Shown here: positions 1 through 14,358 of the stretch, in pieces
How the letters are laid out: each line of letters opens with the position of its first letter
Numbering within the stretch: the stretch's first letter is position 1
From: Amoebidium appalachense
Taxonomy: Eukaryota > Protista > Ichthyosporea
NCBI GenBank assembly: GCA_963693365.1
Contig: CAVNZM010000017.1
Coordinates: 2,781,527 to 2,845,526 of the forward strand
Reading direction: 5' to 3'
DNA length: 64,000 nt
The notes under the pieces: generated by a model
Database searches by the model: none
What the model was told of the DNA's origin: nothing
What the model saw: the letters and a program-made list of their open reading frames with translations, nothing else
Program-made: the position numbers and the translations under genes

Positions 1-60
1 TGCCAGCTCAACTTTCGCTGCGACGCGGCTGTGCGCACCGGTCCCTCCTAAATCCCAACA

Positions 61-283
61 CTCGGTCAAATCACAATGAGTTCACCCCTCACTCAGTCAA
101 ATCACAAGAGTTCACCCCCCTCGGTTAAATCACACAGACTTCAACCCCCCCCCCCACACACACACTCGGTTAAATCACAATGACTTCACCGATCACTCGG
201 CCATATCACAATTAAATTGACCTCTCATTTGGGCATATCACAATGAGCCTCAAGTTCACCCCCACTCGGTCCGATCACAAATT
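61..283. repeat. Degenerate ~30-bp tandem repeat (ctcggt(c/t)aaatcacaatgagttcacc), ~7 copies
   Basis: Variants of ctcggNNaaatcaca...ttcacc recur across 61-283. Confidence 0.8.
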
Positions 284-2700
284 ATTAATCCCCATCCAAT
301 TTTCTTGGGGGTATTTTTAATGTAAATAGGGGGGGGGGGGGGGGGGGGAGGAGGAGGCAGTGGCTATTTGGTGCCAATACAGCTGTAGGGGACTTAAAGG
401 GGTAGGGGTGGTATCCAGTGTGTGGCACTGTGTGTTTGGATCCCTGGGGGAGGCGAAAGGAGGATGGATGGTGGAGGGGGAGGGGGGGGGGGGGGGGGGG
501 ACGAGGGGGGGGAGGCAACGAGGGGGATAGGCTGGGTGCCAAGGGGCGCCTGCGGGGGGGAGGGGGGGGGGGGACCAAATGATTTTATTCCTTCCCCCCG
601 CCCCCCTCCTCCTCCTCTCTCTCTCTCCCCCCCCCCCTCCCCCCTTCCCATCCGATTGAAAGGGGGATTGGGGGGCGGGAAGGGGGGGGGGGGGGCGGGG
701 GTAATCGGGTTTGGGCGCTTGAAAACAGCCAGGGGGATAGGCGGAGGGAGAGGGGGGCGGGGGAGGGTGGGAGGGTGGGAGGAGGAGGAATTGTGCGTGA
801 AGGCGGCCAGGGGGGGGGGGGGGGGGGGAGGGGGGTGAGGGGGGAGGGGGGGGGCAGCATACACGCCCGGACGACATAAGTGTGTCGTGGCCAGCCCCCC
901 GGGCGACAAAAGTGGCGTGCGGACCCGCCAAGTCTTGGGCCGGCGTGGTGGCCACCATAGGCTCGGTGGGTCCCACCCCCCCCCTGCAAAAAACCCAACC
1001 CCTCCGACCTGCGCCCAAGAATTGCATCTTCTGAGAGAAAGAAAGCTGAAGGAAAAAGTGAACATTTTATGGATGGAGGCACAGGTGGGATGCGCGGGGG
1101 GCGGGGGGGGGGGGGGGGGGGGGGAATATACACATCCAGTTTTGCGTGTTTTACGAAATGACAAAAAAGTTATACGGTGTGAAATTTTTGGAAGAAAAGA
1201 GAAGGGCAATGTGAACATTTTGTTGTTATAAGGCAGCGGATCTAGAGGCTATTTAGTACAAGCTTATATGAATTCTATTGCTGTTCTGTCACAATAATGT
1301 GGGCGCTCCCAACATCAGGCTAGCTGTGCAGGGTGACACTAGGCCATTGAATCTCCGGGAGAAAGAAAAAAGGCAAGGCGTGTGGATTAGCTCACCTCTA
1401 TCCTCGTTCTTTTTTGCCCCAGCAACTGCATTCACTTCCGTACCAACACAGAACTCGCTTCTAAAAGAGAAAAACTACCCGACCACTACCAGAAACAAGA
1501 ACGCACGTACACCCCGGTCTATACTTGTCACTCACATCAACGCTTGTGCACCCAACGTTTTCTAGCAGACAGATGCACGGACAACGGACTTTTGCGCGTA
1601 TGCAAAACATGCGCGGGAACAGGCACACACCCAACATACACACACACTGGCACATGCACGTGCACACGCACATAAAGGACACACACTAACGTCCGGCGCA
1701 AGCACGTGCGCACACACATAGACACAACGACACACAGTCAAGCCGGGGTGCAGCACGCACATACCTATCCCGTGTCGGATCCCGGACGCGACCTATATCC
1801 GCATGACAAATCTCGCTTTATGTATATATGCTACAGACATACAACCAGGTGTACTACAAAATTATGAGTGGTTTGAGTGGTTACCAACCAAGTAACTGCA
1901 ACAAACCAGCCTGGGGGGGGGGAAAAATAGAAAAAGCTCCTTTGGGGGTGTGATGTGATTGACCTACCCACCCCGTCTGTACAGACAACCCCTCACCAAA
2001 AGAAAAATTGGCTGTATTCCAATCTCTAGCCACATGGGTTGCGCTCACTGTGGCTCGCCAGAACTTTTGGCAAGTATGAAAGGGAGGGTCGGAATGTCGC
2101 TCACTGTGACTTGCCAGATCTTCGAAACCGCTTGATTAAATGGAGGATAATCAACAACAAAATCTTCTATTGGGCTGCTAAAAGCTCACCCTGCCTAAGA
2201 TACAGATACTACATAAAATGTAAGTACTATCCAACAACCTTCCCTGTTCACTAGACCACTAACATGGTTTTCTCGCTCTCCATTCAAAGTTTTCTTCCGT
2301 TACTTTTCTGTGCTGCCCGGCCAGCTTAAATGAAAATGATCGCCCTGTCACCGAGCACTGGTAGAGCAACAATCGCCCGATTGCGCGATTCCATGGTGCG
2401 ATCTCGGGGGTCTGATCCTGAATTCGAAAGGCTGCGGGGATATCACTGGCTACCAAAGACTGAGCTAGTATGCATGGGGTCGCGGTTTACTTTGTCACAC
2501 ACGTGTGTGTGTGTGTGTGTTTTCGCCCGCGGGGGGGGGAGGGGGGGGGGGGGGGGGAAGGAGGGGGGAGGGGAGGGGAGGGGGGGAGGGGAGGGGAGGG
2601 AGGGGGAGGGGGGGGGGGTTGAACTTCAGGCTGTTCAGGTGCGCCGTTGAAGAAGGCTTGCCAATTTATATATTGCTACCCGGTCGAGGGCCTAGTACGA

Positions 2701-2743
<43 letters not shown>

Positions 2744-3647
2744 CCAATCACGGATGTGTTTCCGGGGTGCCACTGGGTGTCTGTGTTGCATGTGTCACGG
2801 CCGTGTTGGGGTGGGGTGGGGGGGGGGGGGGGGGGGCTAGGTGCCGGTGTGGCTAAAATACGGGCCGTGCCAGGGCCTGGCTTCAGTGCCACAACATGGA
2901 TGCGGTCCGGGATGCCAGGCTCGTTGGCTATATATGGGGTGCATCATATCACAAGCGTATTTACATAATATGTACGTGTGGCATTTTTATTATTGTGTTG
3001 GGCTGACTCAGGTACGGTTTACGTAACCGGTGGATGAACGGTTCTAAGAGGAGAGGGAGGGGGGGCAATCATGCTCCCCAACTCAGGCAATATGGCAGGA
3101 ATTAAAACATTTAAGAAATATTGCAAGAAATATTTCAGGAAATATCATAAATCAATCAGTTATACATCAATGATTTACTATGATTGACTCCTTTATGATG
3201 GTGTGCAAGTGACTTATAATGGCATGCACCTATTAATGAACTATGCTCTTTAGATCGTATGGGAAGGACCCGGGGGGGGGGGGGGGGGGGGCAATATTAA
3301 TGATATCGAGAGCCACCAAGGGAAAGCGACCAGATCCTGTTGCCGGAATAAGACCAGTTAGCTTTACGTAATCGATCACCTGTGCTGCTGCCCTGCTGCA
3401 TTATGGTTTTTACACATGAAAATTGCAATTTAAATGCATGGGGCTTTATGTACATGGCTAAGTCTGCCCTTATTTAATACTAAGAACACCAACGGTTGTG
3501 ATATCGATGAACCCTATCCTATTCCCAGCTGGTTACGACACAAAATCTCAGCAAAAAACGCTTAAAAAGGGCGCACATATATACGAAAGGAGCTTTCTGT
3601 GTGTGTGGATGTGTGGATGTGTCGATGTGTGCGTGGGTGCGTGTGCA

Positions 3648-3726
<79 letters not shown>

Positions 3727-3959
3727 AAGTTTGTGCGCATCCGTATGAGTACAGTGTGGTGTCTGCGGGGTTCATAATTGGCATTCATTCAGTCCTTCTT
3801 ATCTTCCCTTCAACTTGGAACATCTCACATTTCGAATTGCTCAGCCAATCTCAAAACCCCACAAAACAAGATCTTGCGTTGTAAAGCAATAGCGCACGAT
3901 ACGAAACATTAATCAAACTATTTGAAAACCGCAAGCAGGTTTGTAAAGTATCATAATTT

Positions 3960-4450
3960 AGTCACATCCTGTATGTACACCGTGCACGAGTTATGTGGGC
4001 CTTTTTTCAAAATTCAACACTACTCTTAGTGGTTTTCAGAACACGCCGTATACACACTCAACTAAAACCACAAATCGTTTCCCAAGGTATCCAACTACAT
4101 CCCATATGTACACCGCAAGTTAATCACATGGCGATTTCATCAAATTTATATGTTTACGCAAGTGGTTTTCAGGACACCCCGTATTTTCATCGCAACCTAC
4201 AGATCGTTTCCCAAGGTATCCACCAACATCCCGTATTTGCACTGACATGTAAATCGATCACACGGAGATTTCGAGATATTCTCAAATTACAATGTTTACG
4301 CTAGTGGTTTTCAGGACACACCGTGTATGCAGAGGGGTAGAGTTGAAACACATGTTCCGTGTGTACACTATAAATCAACCACACGGAGATTTCCTCAAAT
4401 TTCAGTGTTTACGCTAGTTGTTTTCAGGACACACCGTGTTTGCAGAGGGG
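3960..4450. repeat. Degenerate 110-140-bp tandem repeat, ~4 copies, overlapping the stop codon of the membrane-protein gene
   Basis: The core (t/a)agt(g/t)gttttcag(g/a)acac recurs at ~4028, ~4160, ~4302 and ~4415, with shared flanking blocks (atcgtttcccaaggtatcca, cacggagattt). Confidence 0.8.
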
Positions 4451-4929
4451 CACGGCTGGTACTCAATGTCCGGCTCACTCGGTAGCAGAGACATTCTCAT
4501 GGTCCGAAGAGCCACGAAAGCAGCTATTGGCCCGGTCAGCGCCGCTGGGAAAAAAGGGGGAGGAGGGGGGGAAAGGGGGAGGGAAGGAGAGGGGGGGGGG
4601 GGGAGAAGGAGGAGGGGAGGGGGGGGGGGGGGGGGGAGGGTTAGCATCCGGGACACAGGCGAGGGAGGGAGAGAGAGATTAAGTGGGGGGGAAAGGGGCG
4701 GGGGGGGGGGGGGGGGGGAGGAGGGTTATCATTTAGAGCATTGGCAAGGAAAGAGTATGTGTGTTGGTGTATGTGTGTGTGTGTGTCTTGTGGGGGAGAA
4801 AAGAGGTTGGGGGGGGGGGGGGGGGGGAGGGGAGAAGGAGGGGGGAGAAGAATGAGAGAAGGCATTGGATGTGGGAGGCAGTGAGATAAACGGAAGACAT
4901 GGAACGGGCTGCAATGCTCCCCCTGCCAA

Positions 4930-4964
<35 letters not shown>

Positions 4965-5090
4965 CCCCTGCCCCGCCCCTTACCCACCTCCCCTCAAACA
5001 CGGTCGATAATTCAACGGGTTTAGCTTCTCAAGCTTTTGTGTTCGTTTCTTTCCGCTTTCTTTTACATTGTTTTCTTCTTCCTTACTTTT

Positions 5091-5176
<86 letters not shown>

Positions 5177-5195
5177 TGTATAAATATATTTATAT

Positions 5196-5233
<38 letters not shown>

Positions 5234-5265
5234 GGGGGGGTCTCTCCCTGTATAAATATAATTAT

Positions 5266-5304
<39 letters not shown>

Positions 5305-5382
5305 GGGGATGGGAGGGGGGGGAGGGGAAGGGAGGGGGAAGGGGGGGGGGGGGGGGGGGGGGGGAGAGAGACAGATGGCTAC

Positions 5383-5428
<46 letters not shown>

Positions 5429-5977
5429 CCCTTGGTGGTGGTGGGGGGTGGGGGTCAGTTTCATGCTCACCCATCAGAGCCATGCCCAGTGATTTGAACA
5501 CAACGGCAGAGGGGACGGCACTGATTGGACGATCATAGTGCTCACGCAGCACCAAGACTACGGTGTAGTGCGGCACAAATAGAAGGGCACAGAGGGCGGA
5601 ATACACGAGTCCCCGAAGTAGCGCACGGCCTAGAACCCTCCAGAAACCTGCGGATATATGAAAGATGCGTGGTGGGAAAAACATGGAATGTGGGATGATG
5701 GGATGGGTAAGTTGTGGTGGGAAAAAGCATGCAAGTGTTATGATGGGATGGGTAGGTGGAAAAAACATGAAAGTGGGATGATGGGATGGGTAAGTTGTCG
5801 TGGGCAGGTGCACGTGGAATGGAATGTTAATGCTCAGGGGCGAGTGGGTGGGCGGGTGCAAAGGCAACTTGAGATGCTTGGAGAGAGAAGAGAGAGAGGC
5901 GTGGCGGGAGAGTCAGGAAGTGTGGAACGTGTGTGTGTCTGTGTCTGTGTGTGTGTGTGTGTGCGTGTGTGTCTGCC

Positions 5978-6011
<34 letters not shown>

Positions 6012-6061
6012 CGCGTCCGTGCATGCGCGCGCGTGTGTGTGTGTGTGTGTGTGTGTGCGTG

Positions 6062-6096
<35 letters not shown>

Positions 6097-6660
6097 CCAT
6101 AGGGAGCCCGGGGGGAAGGGGGGGGGGGGGAGGGGGGGGGACCAGAAATTTGAGCCACATGAATGCATCATGAAGATCCGAAAACACGTAAATGTAGAGG
6201 TTGCTGCCTGTAATGAGGATTAAGAGGATACTGCCGAGGAAGAGGGGGAGGGGAGGGAGGGGGGAGAGAGAGAGGGGGGGGGGGGGGGGGGGGGGGGGGT
6301 GCCTTTGCAGGAGGGGGGATATGAAGGAAAATCAAGTGAAAACTTTGAATCAATGCGCGGAAAGGAAAAGAAAGAGACAGAAAGAAAAAGGCCGGGAACA
6401 AATACAAAAGAGTTCATTTTCAACATTAAATACAACCCAGATGAAAGCCTGTTTGTGCCCACAACGAAAACTTGCACTCGAGCATTCCTCTGACATGTGG
6501 CAAAGCACATATATGAATCTGGGTGACTACACCCCCCCAACACACTTTGGTAAACACACACACACACACACTCTTTCTCCCCACCCCCTCCCCACCTATC
6601 CACCCCTTAGCCTTTTTCTTGTTCAACCATCAATTTGCATGCACCCAGAATCCCTCCCCA

Positions 6661-6691
<31 letters not shown>

Positions 6692-7196
6692 CACACACAC
6701 ACACAAGTGGAAAGAAAACATGACACCAACGTCCCAAACCGCCTCCCACCCTTCCATAAAGATGTAGCACCGACACATGTATGCCTACATACGTACCAAT
6801 ACACCTTCACAAAATACACACGGACACACACGGACACACCTAGACATACCACCCACCCACTCACCCACTCACCCCCCCCCCCCCCACCCACACACACACA
6901 CTCCCACCCCTCAACCCCCCCCCCCCCCCACACACACACACACACATCCCCCCACCCACCCACCCACACATACTCCCACCCCCTTTCACACATATACACA
7001 CCCGTCCACCCTTCCGCCCAACCACCCACACATACTCCCCCTCCCCGCCTCTGTCTCCCCCCCCCCCCCCTCACCCCCCACACACCCCCCCCACGCATTC
7101 ACTCACACCTCCCTCCCTCCCAACCCTCCTCCTGCCCCGCACGACACACAATCTCCCTCCCCCTCCCCCTCCCTCCCTCTCCCCCCCCTCCACACA

Positions 7197-7253
<57 letters not shown>

Positions 7254-7512
7254 ACACACACACACACACACCTGGCATGCCATAGTGCCTGCTCAAGTCC
7301 TCCGACGCAGCCAGTGTGTACACCCACGGTCTCTGCAGCCACCCGGGCAGTTGCATCTTAATCGGGGCCACACGTCCACGCGTAACATCGCTTGCTACCA
7401 GCATGCCCGTTACCACCCACAAGATTGTCTGTATGTGCAAATGGTGCATCAGCATTATGGAAGATTATTCTGGAAAAACAAAGGGGTTCCATCTTCCATC
7501 TCGTACATGCAC

Positions 7513-7553
<41 letters not shown>

Positions 7554-8768
7554 GGTGGGGGGGAGGGGGGTGGGGGGGGGGGGGAGGGCACAATAAAGGA
7601 TGGCAAACGTGGAAGTAAAAAGGGAAGAGGAGGGGTTGGGGGTTGGGGGGTGGGGAGGGTTTGAAGGGGAGAGGGGGGAAGGGGGCATGAAAGAACACAG
7701 ATTCACCACGTCAACCTGCTTGGAACTAAACATGCAGACACGCACAGACACATACACACACACACACACACACGCAAAAACCCATCCACACGATGTAGCA
7801 TCCCAAACCAAAAGGAATAGGGAAATGGGGGGGGGGGGGGGGGAGGAAGGGGGGGGGGGGGGGGGGGGGGAGGGAGTCGGGGGGGGGGGGGGGGGGATGA
7901 GGACGTAGGGGGGACACCGTGCAATAAACACAATAGAGAATATCCCACCATTCGCATGGTTTGGGATATATAAAAGGACCAAAATGGTCGGCACAAAAGA
8001 AACAACATCGTAACCATTGGAATCTCCACAAACAGCCAGCTCCCATCCCCTCCCCCCCCCCCCCCCTCCCCCCCCCCCCCCCCCCGGGTCTCTACACGGG
8101 ACATGTTGTGAAAGAAGCTGGTGCTTGTGTTTGTTTGTTGTTTCCTTTTCACTCTTCTCTCATCATTCTTTCTTTCTTTCGTCTGGGGGGGTCCGGGGGG
8201 GGGGGGGGGGTTGTATGTATGGTTCACAGCACGTTGCACGTTGGGGGTGAGGAGGGGAGGAGGAGGAGGGGGGGAAAGGGGGGAGGGGGAAGGGGGGATG
8301 CTAGCGGCAAGGTGTTGAGGGGATTGTTTTTTTTTTTTTTTTTGGGGGGGGGGGGGGGGGATGGGGAAGGGCACGGGAGAGGAGAGACGTTAGGATGGGA
8401 GTTTGAAGGGGATTGGGGATGAGGGGAAGGGGGTGTTTTACATAGCATAACAATTACACGAGGGGGTGTTTAACATAACATAACATCGTTACACGAGGGG
8501 GGGATGGGGGGTTTACATAACATACCTGTTGAATGAATGTCGACAAGACAAAGTCCCCAACCAGAGGTACGGGCGTCCATCCAAATGCGGTAACGGTTGT
8601 GTAGCCCTTAAACATTGCAAAAGCAATTAACCCGTTAGCTACCCCCGTGAAAATGCACGGGAGAGCGCTGTGAACGGCAAGAATGTATAACAACTGCCCG
8701 CGATCTAACGTGTCTGTTGCTTTCTGAGTCGAACCCTTGGCGTTCAAAAAAGGTATGTGAAGCACCAT
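4414..8768 (-). CDS. Four-exon, ~235-aa multi-pass membrane protein; resembles an uncharacterised fungal-type family (possibly DUF2456-like, unverified)
   Basis: Exons 8768-8526, 7428-7272, 5647-5471 and 4544-4414 are all GT-AG with matching phases (0,1,1). Product: MVLHIPF...[27 protein letters not shown]...[29 protein letters not shown]...[26 protein letters not shown]...[22 protein letters not shown]...PENN*, with about 4 hydrophobic segments. Confidence 0.8.
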
Positions 8769-9837
8769 TTTCGATTTTTCGGGTTCGTTAGGGAAGTGAG
8801 TGGTGGTGGTGGTGGTAGGGTGAGATTTGTGCAGTGAATTTTAGGCACTGGAAGGGGTGTGGAGTTGTTTCATGGACAGATTTGTGTGTGAGCGGTTGTT
8901 GGGTGTTATCATCCATTCGATGAATGTGAAGGTAAGGTGGGCAGGCTGCCTTATACCGGTTACCTAAAGAACACAGCGAAAATCACGTGATATTCACTGA
9001 AACGTGAAACAAATGTTGGCAGTAACAAGGCAGAGCTCTGAAAACTTGGTTCACTCGGTTTTTTGGAGTTGTCTTCCTGGCTCGCTGGCGTTTAAGTGTC
9101 CCCTCATGTATGGAACATTACCTGTGTGGGTGGGTGTGTTTTCAGTTAGGGAACGCCCCAACAGATATGCACACGTGCAGGGTTGAGTGGTTGGGTGGAA
9201 AGGGTGATGTTAAGGTGTGTAGGGGCACATGGTGAATGCAACGTGCATAAGCTGTCTGTGTGTGTACATGGACTCTTGAAATGTGCGCACATACATTCAT
9301 GTGTGTTAATTACGTTGTGTGGGTGTGCAGCTCAGTAATACATCTGGATGTGCATCATGACACGCTACAATACGGTCCGTTCATGTGTGTGTGTGGATGT
9401 GTGCGTGTGTGTGTGTGTTGTGTATGTTCATGTGTGTGCGTGCGTGCGTGCGCGCGTGCGCGCACGCGTGTGTGTGCATATGCGTGTTGTGTGTGGGTGT
9501 GTTTGTGTGTGTGTGCTATGTGTAAGCGTGTGCTAGCGTGTTTGTGTGGGTGTTTGTGTGCATGTATGTTCGTGTATGTGTGCGTGTAGGAGGTGGACGG
9601 CGAGGGGGTTAGGGGGAAGGGGGTGGGGTGGGGGGTGGGGGGTTTGGTTGGTGTTTGGGTAAGTCCTATGGTGTGTACTCAGGGTCATGTGTGCGAGTTT
9701 GTGTGCTCAGTTCGTGGGAAGTTGCCATGGGGCTGTGATGCACTGCCTTCTAACCATTCATGGTGAACCAGTCCTTTGTGTGGGTGCGTGTGTGTTTGTC
9801 ATATGTGTTTGTGTGTTCAAATTTAGTGTGTTTGTGC

Positions 9838-9918
<81 letters not shown>

Positions 9919-9973
9919 GTGTGCGTGTGTATGTGTGCGTTTGTGTGTGTGTACGTGTGTGTGTGTGTGTATG

Positions 9974-10017
<44 letters not shown>

Positions 10018-10052
10018 GTGTGAGCGCGCGTCCATGAGTGAGTGATTGTGTG

Positions 10053-10093
<41 letters not shown>

Positions 10094-11477
10094 TACGTGC
10101 GTGTTTGTGTGTGCTTGTGCGTACGTGCGTGCGCGTGTGCGTGTGTGCGTGTGTGCGTGTGTCCATGTGTGTCTGTGCGAAACCATGTGTGCGAGCGAGA
10201 TCGAAACCTTATGTATTGAATTCCTTGCAACGTAAACAAACCATACTTGCATATGCCAGCTCAGAATTCCATGTTATCCTGCTCTTATAATATTCTGGAT
10301 GCTGGAATAGGTTTTCTCTCTCCTTCCTGTGCTAAATTACATAATATGTGCTCTTTACGCTCGCACACGGGTGATTGTGTCGACGTCCGTGTTGTGTGAA
10401 ACCTACTGACTGACGAAATGTCGACACAAAGCCTGAGTTGTACCTATAAGTTTATAATATAAGTCACCAGATGGGTTATTATAGAGTTATCAATATGGCC
10501 TTTCATGAAAAGAGAAGCTCACAATCGATGCACATAATGTATGCTCCCTTTTTTTAGGGAAGGAGAGAACGACAGAAGCCATGTTTTTGGACTGGTTTCA
10601 GCGGACTGTGACACAGTCCCAGATCTAACCAAGTGCGTGGGATATAACAATGCGGCGACAGCAAAAACGTGATTTAAAACGAATTAAAGTCTCAGAAACA
10701 CTTTGTTTCGTTTAAACCAATCGTATTATCAAATGTAGCCTTTTTTGGGCGATATCTTCCGATATCATAAAGTATTCTCCAATCACACATGTGCTTTGAA
10801 TGAGCCATGTGGCGGCACATGTAGGTTTGGTGAGCCCTTTTCATTGGCCAGAGCATTATATTGCGCCAATAACAGGCCCCGCCCGAATTGTTATTGTACG
10901 TGCCAGAGCCTTCCGAAAGACATGTGACACACAAAACACACACCCACTTAGTGTCACCGGTGAGTATGCACATGATATCTTGCCGTTTTTAAAATTGAGG
11001 CGCTGACCGTGATCATGAAGCAAAAGGCAAGGCGTTGCTGGGCCACGGGGGTCGAAGGTGGAGACATAGACTCCCCGAGACGTACCCAGATCTAGGAGTC
11101 GAGGCCGGAGCGCGGGACGGACAGGGCCCGGGGTGACCCCGGCAGGGGGGTCACTCCCCTCCGTCAACACTATGACAAACACATGGTGCACGTGGGGGGT
11201 GGGGGGAGGGGGAGGGGGGGGGGGGGGGGGGGGGGAGGTAGGGGAGAGGGCGGGGGTGGGGAGAGAGGGAGGAGCAGAGAGAGAAGGGGCAGGGATATAG
11301 AGAGAGGGGGAGGAGGTGGGGAGCCTCGGTGAGAGAGAGAGAGCCTGAGAGAGGGGGTAAAGGGGGGGGGGGGGGGGGGGGAGGGGGGGGGGAGAGAGGG
11401 GGGGAGGGGGGGGGAGGAAGGGGGAGAGAGAGAGAGAGGGAGAGAGAGGGAGAAAGAGAGGGAGAGAGAGAGAGAGA

Positions 11478-11556
<79 letters not shown>

Positions 11557-11702
11557 GGAGAGAGAGAGAGAGAGAGAGAGGGAGGGAGGGAGGGAGGAGA
11601 GACAGAGAGAGAGAGAGGGAGGGAGGGAGGGAGGGAGGGAGGGAGAGGGAGAAGGGGGGGGGAGTGGGGGGGAGAGACCACCAGGCCAAAGTTTCAAACC
11701 CG

Positions 11703-13864
11703 GGTACATAGGTAAACATTACCGTGATATTTGCTGCGTCTATATCAACGCCTATAGCACATACACGGAACACAGTGATATTGGTGCGTCAATAGCAACG
11801 TCTGTGGCTAACCGTGGTATTGTCGGGTGCTATTGTTGCACCTATTGTCTCTGGATGCATAGGCGTTGGGTTTGACGGCAACAAATACACCCACACGTGA
11901 AACTGACAGTGCAACAGGCTCCGACGATAGCTGTGCTACCCCCCCCCCCCCCCCCCCCCCACCCCCTTTCCGGCAGGCAGGCACCATTGCTCTTTGATAC
12001 ACGTAAAACCATGCTTTGCAAATTGTATACGTGCAACCCCGGTTTTATTCATTACATATACACTCAGGAAGAGATGGTAGCCTCAGAGGTAGGCGCATAA
12101 TATGACGGCATCAACAAAGAAAGTCATGTTTGCGGAACAAAGCTACCATGGCATCAGCTGCACTAATTGCCAGAAATTACATAGGCAGTGCTTTCCGTTT
12201 CCAGCTGTGGCACGGTACATATGCATAGTGTCTAAAAAAGCTATGCCCCACTATGGTACTAAGGTGAAGCTGTGATTTCCGTCTGTAAGTTTAACCATGC
12301 ACCAAACATGTGTGCTACGTGTAGGCGCTACGATGTCTCTTCACAGCCTAAGCATCACAAAACAATTCGAACAACTTCGTGTATAGACTTGTTTGTCATC
12401 AGCCCCAAGTTGCTTCTGAGCACCGTATATACGTTTTTCGCCGCCCAGCTTCTTCGCCTCACGTCTTCTCAAGTGGCGGACTTTCGACAGTTTTGTCCAG
12501 CACTTGAGGAGTGACGGGAGCTCGTGCCCATGAGGCGCAGGTGTACTATGAACGGAAAAGAAAGTGAGCTTTGCACTTTTTGAACAGGTGGACAAGTAAA
12601 AGAAAGAGCAAAACGAGGAGGGTTAAGTTGAAGTGGATAGACTTTTCAGTAACCTCAAGTAGTTATTACTCTGGCAAGGCGAAGACACACCACCCGAAGA
12701 GATAAGTAGTGATGGAGTTACTTGAAAAGGTTGTGCGTGCATCTTTGGCTTTGTAAAGGTGCACACCTGTATTTTTCGGGAACACCTAAAAAAACAAGTG
12801 CAGCGCATACTTCCACAACCACGTATGGTTATAGCACCCAACAAGCAACAAACCATTGCCACGAGCTTGCACGAGAGCAACAAAGATTGCAAGTTCTTTA
12901 CCTCCATAGTCAACAACAATGGATGCCTCCACAAACGCTGAAAGGTCTAACAAAGGTATCGCCAGGCAAAACCAGGCAATTGCAATGGTAGACTATGATT
13001 ATTACCTTATAATTACTGCGTACGTCCAGCCTATAGCTAGCGTGGAGCCACCAGCTTCGGCTCAGGTTGTTGTAGACTTCCGGTCAATCCTACGCTTGAC
13101 CGTGGTTGCATCGCCTCCACACTAGGCTTCCTCACAGCGCTAAGTAAACGCAAAGACTACCGCGGAAGGGTACCCGCAAAGTAAACGAGAAAAGCTCGCA
13201 GCAGGCATATTTGAAGTCGAAACAAAGACAACAAGAGAACCTGGCTTTTAGTTCGCAGGACTGGCGAAAAATTGGCGAGTGCGTCGCGTTGTAGTCACTC
13301 TTGCGATAAACATGGAATGCATGAAGGTCTTTATAAGTGGTTGGGGCAATGGGGACAAAAAAATCAGGGAAGCTAAAAACAAAAATAATCATAAATGTCA
13401 GGGAAAAATAAACAAAAACCCAATAATATTATTAATCAACATACGAAAAGACATATCATGCTTTTTATTAATCACTTCGTGCCTATTCCCAATCTTAATT
13501 AGAGGCCTCTACATTGGAATTTACCCTGCTCCAGTTGGAATCCGTCGAGATGACCTATAATTGGTCAACAACAACGCGGCGTTTATTTCAAAAATTGAGA
13601 CCGAGCGGTTATGCCCACCATGCGCCATCGCTGCGGGTGACCTTGCAGCGTTGTGTGAAGTTGTAGCTCTGGTGGCCCAGGTGTGTTCCATGAAGGCCAT
13701 GGGGCGGGGAGTGGAGGGGAGGGGGGGATGGGAAAAACCAGTCTACCCTGCCAGCTAGCGGCTGCAGGCTGAGACCCGAGGTCGGCGTCAGGCCCTCTCT
13801 GGTGAGCCTCACGAGGATTATCTCTCAGAGATGGTCGATGACACGATTCATTTTACGATCGGAA

Positions 13865-13905
<41 letters not shown>

Positions 13906-14124
13906 GGGCAGGGCATACGCGCTGTCTATATCGCGCCAAGGGTAGAGTTGGCGGAGACATAGACCCGACAAGTACACTACTAGTGATATGCACGCTAATA
14001 TAGACTGCATCAATAGCAGAGATGTGCATTTGGCGGTGTAATGGGCGAGCCAATAACTCCCCAACTTGATATAGGCGTTGATATAGACGGTACCAATATC
14101 ATGGGATTGTTTACCTGTGTTACC
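11703..14124. mobile_element. Candidate degenerate element bounded by imperfect inverted repeats (~2.4 kb)
   Basis: 11706-11756 matches the reverse complement of 14070-14120 at about 43 of 51 positions, including an identical cgtctatatcaacgcctata. Internal ttgtcgggt and poly-C/poly-G tracts are also mirrored. There is no intact ORF. Confidence 0.45.
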
Positions 14125-14257
14125 ATGTAGGCCTATGCCATGCCATAAAAATATAATGCAGTCAATTGGGACATCGATTCATCATCTATTTGAAGGCCCA
14201 TTTCGGAAGCCCCGCAACCAACATGTCAAGACATATTGTGGGTGTGTGTGATTCGCG

Positions 14258-14296
<39 letters not shown>

Positions 14297-14319
14297 TGCA
14301 CACGTGTACATCTGTGTGC

Positions 14320-14358
<39 letters not shown>

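Noticed and set aside
1-51. Possible exon fragment at the window edge
   Set aside because: Too short to assign strand or frame; no recognisable motif.
2330-2970. Possible small plus-strand exons (2330-2467, 2630-2702, 2841-2970)
   Set aside because: Splice-like signals are present, but the phases could not be chained convincingly and no domain was recognised.
10856-11200. GC-rich stretch with an open minus-strand frame
   Set aside because: No start or splice context and no recognisable domain; the ORF length comes from the adjacent (GA)n tract.
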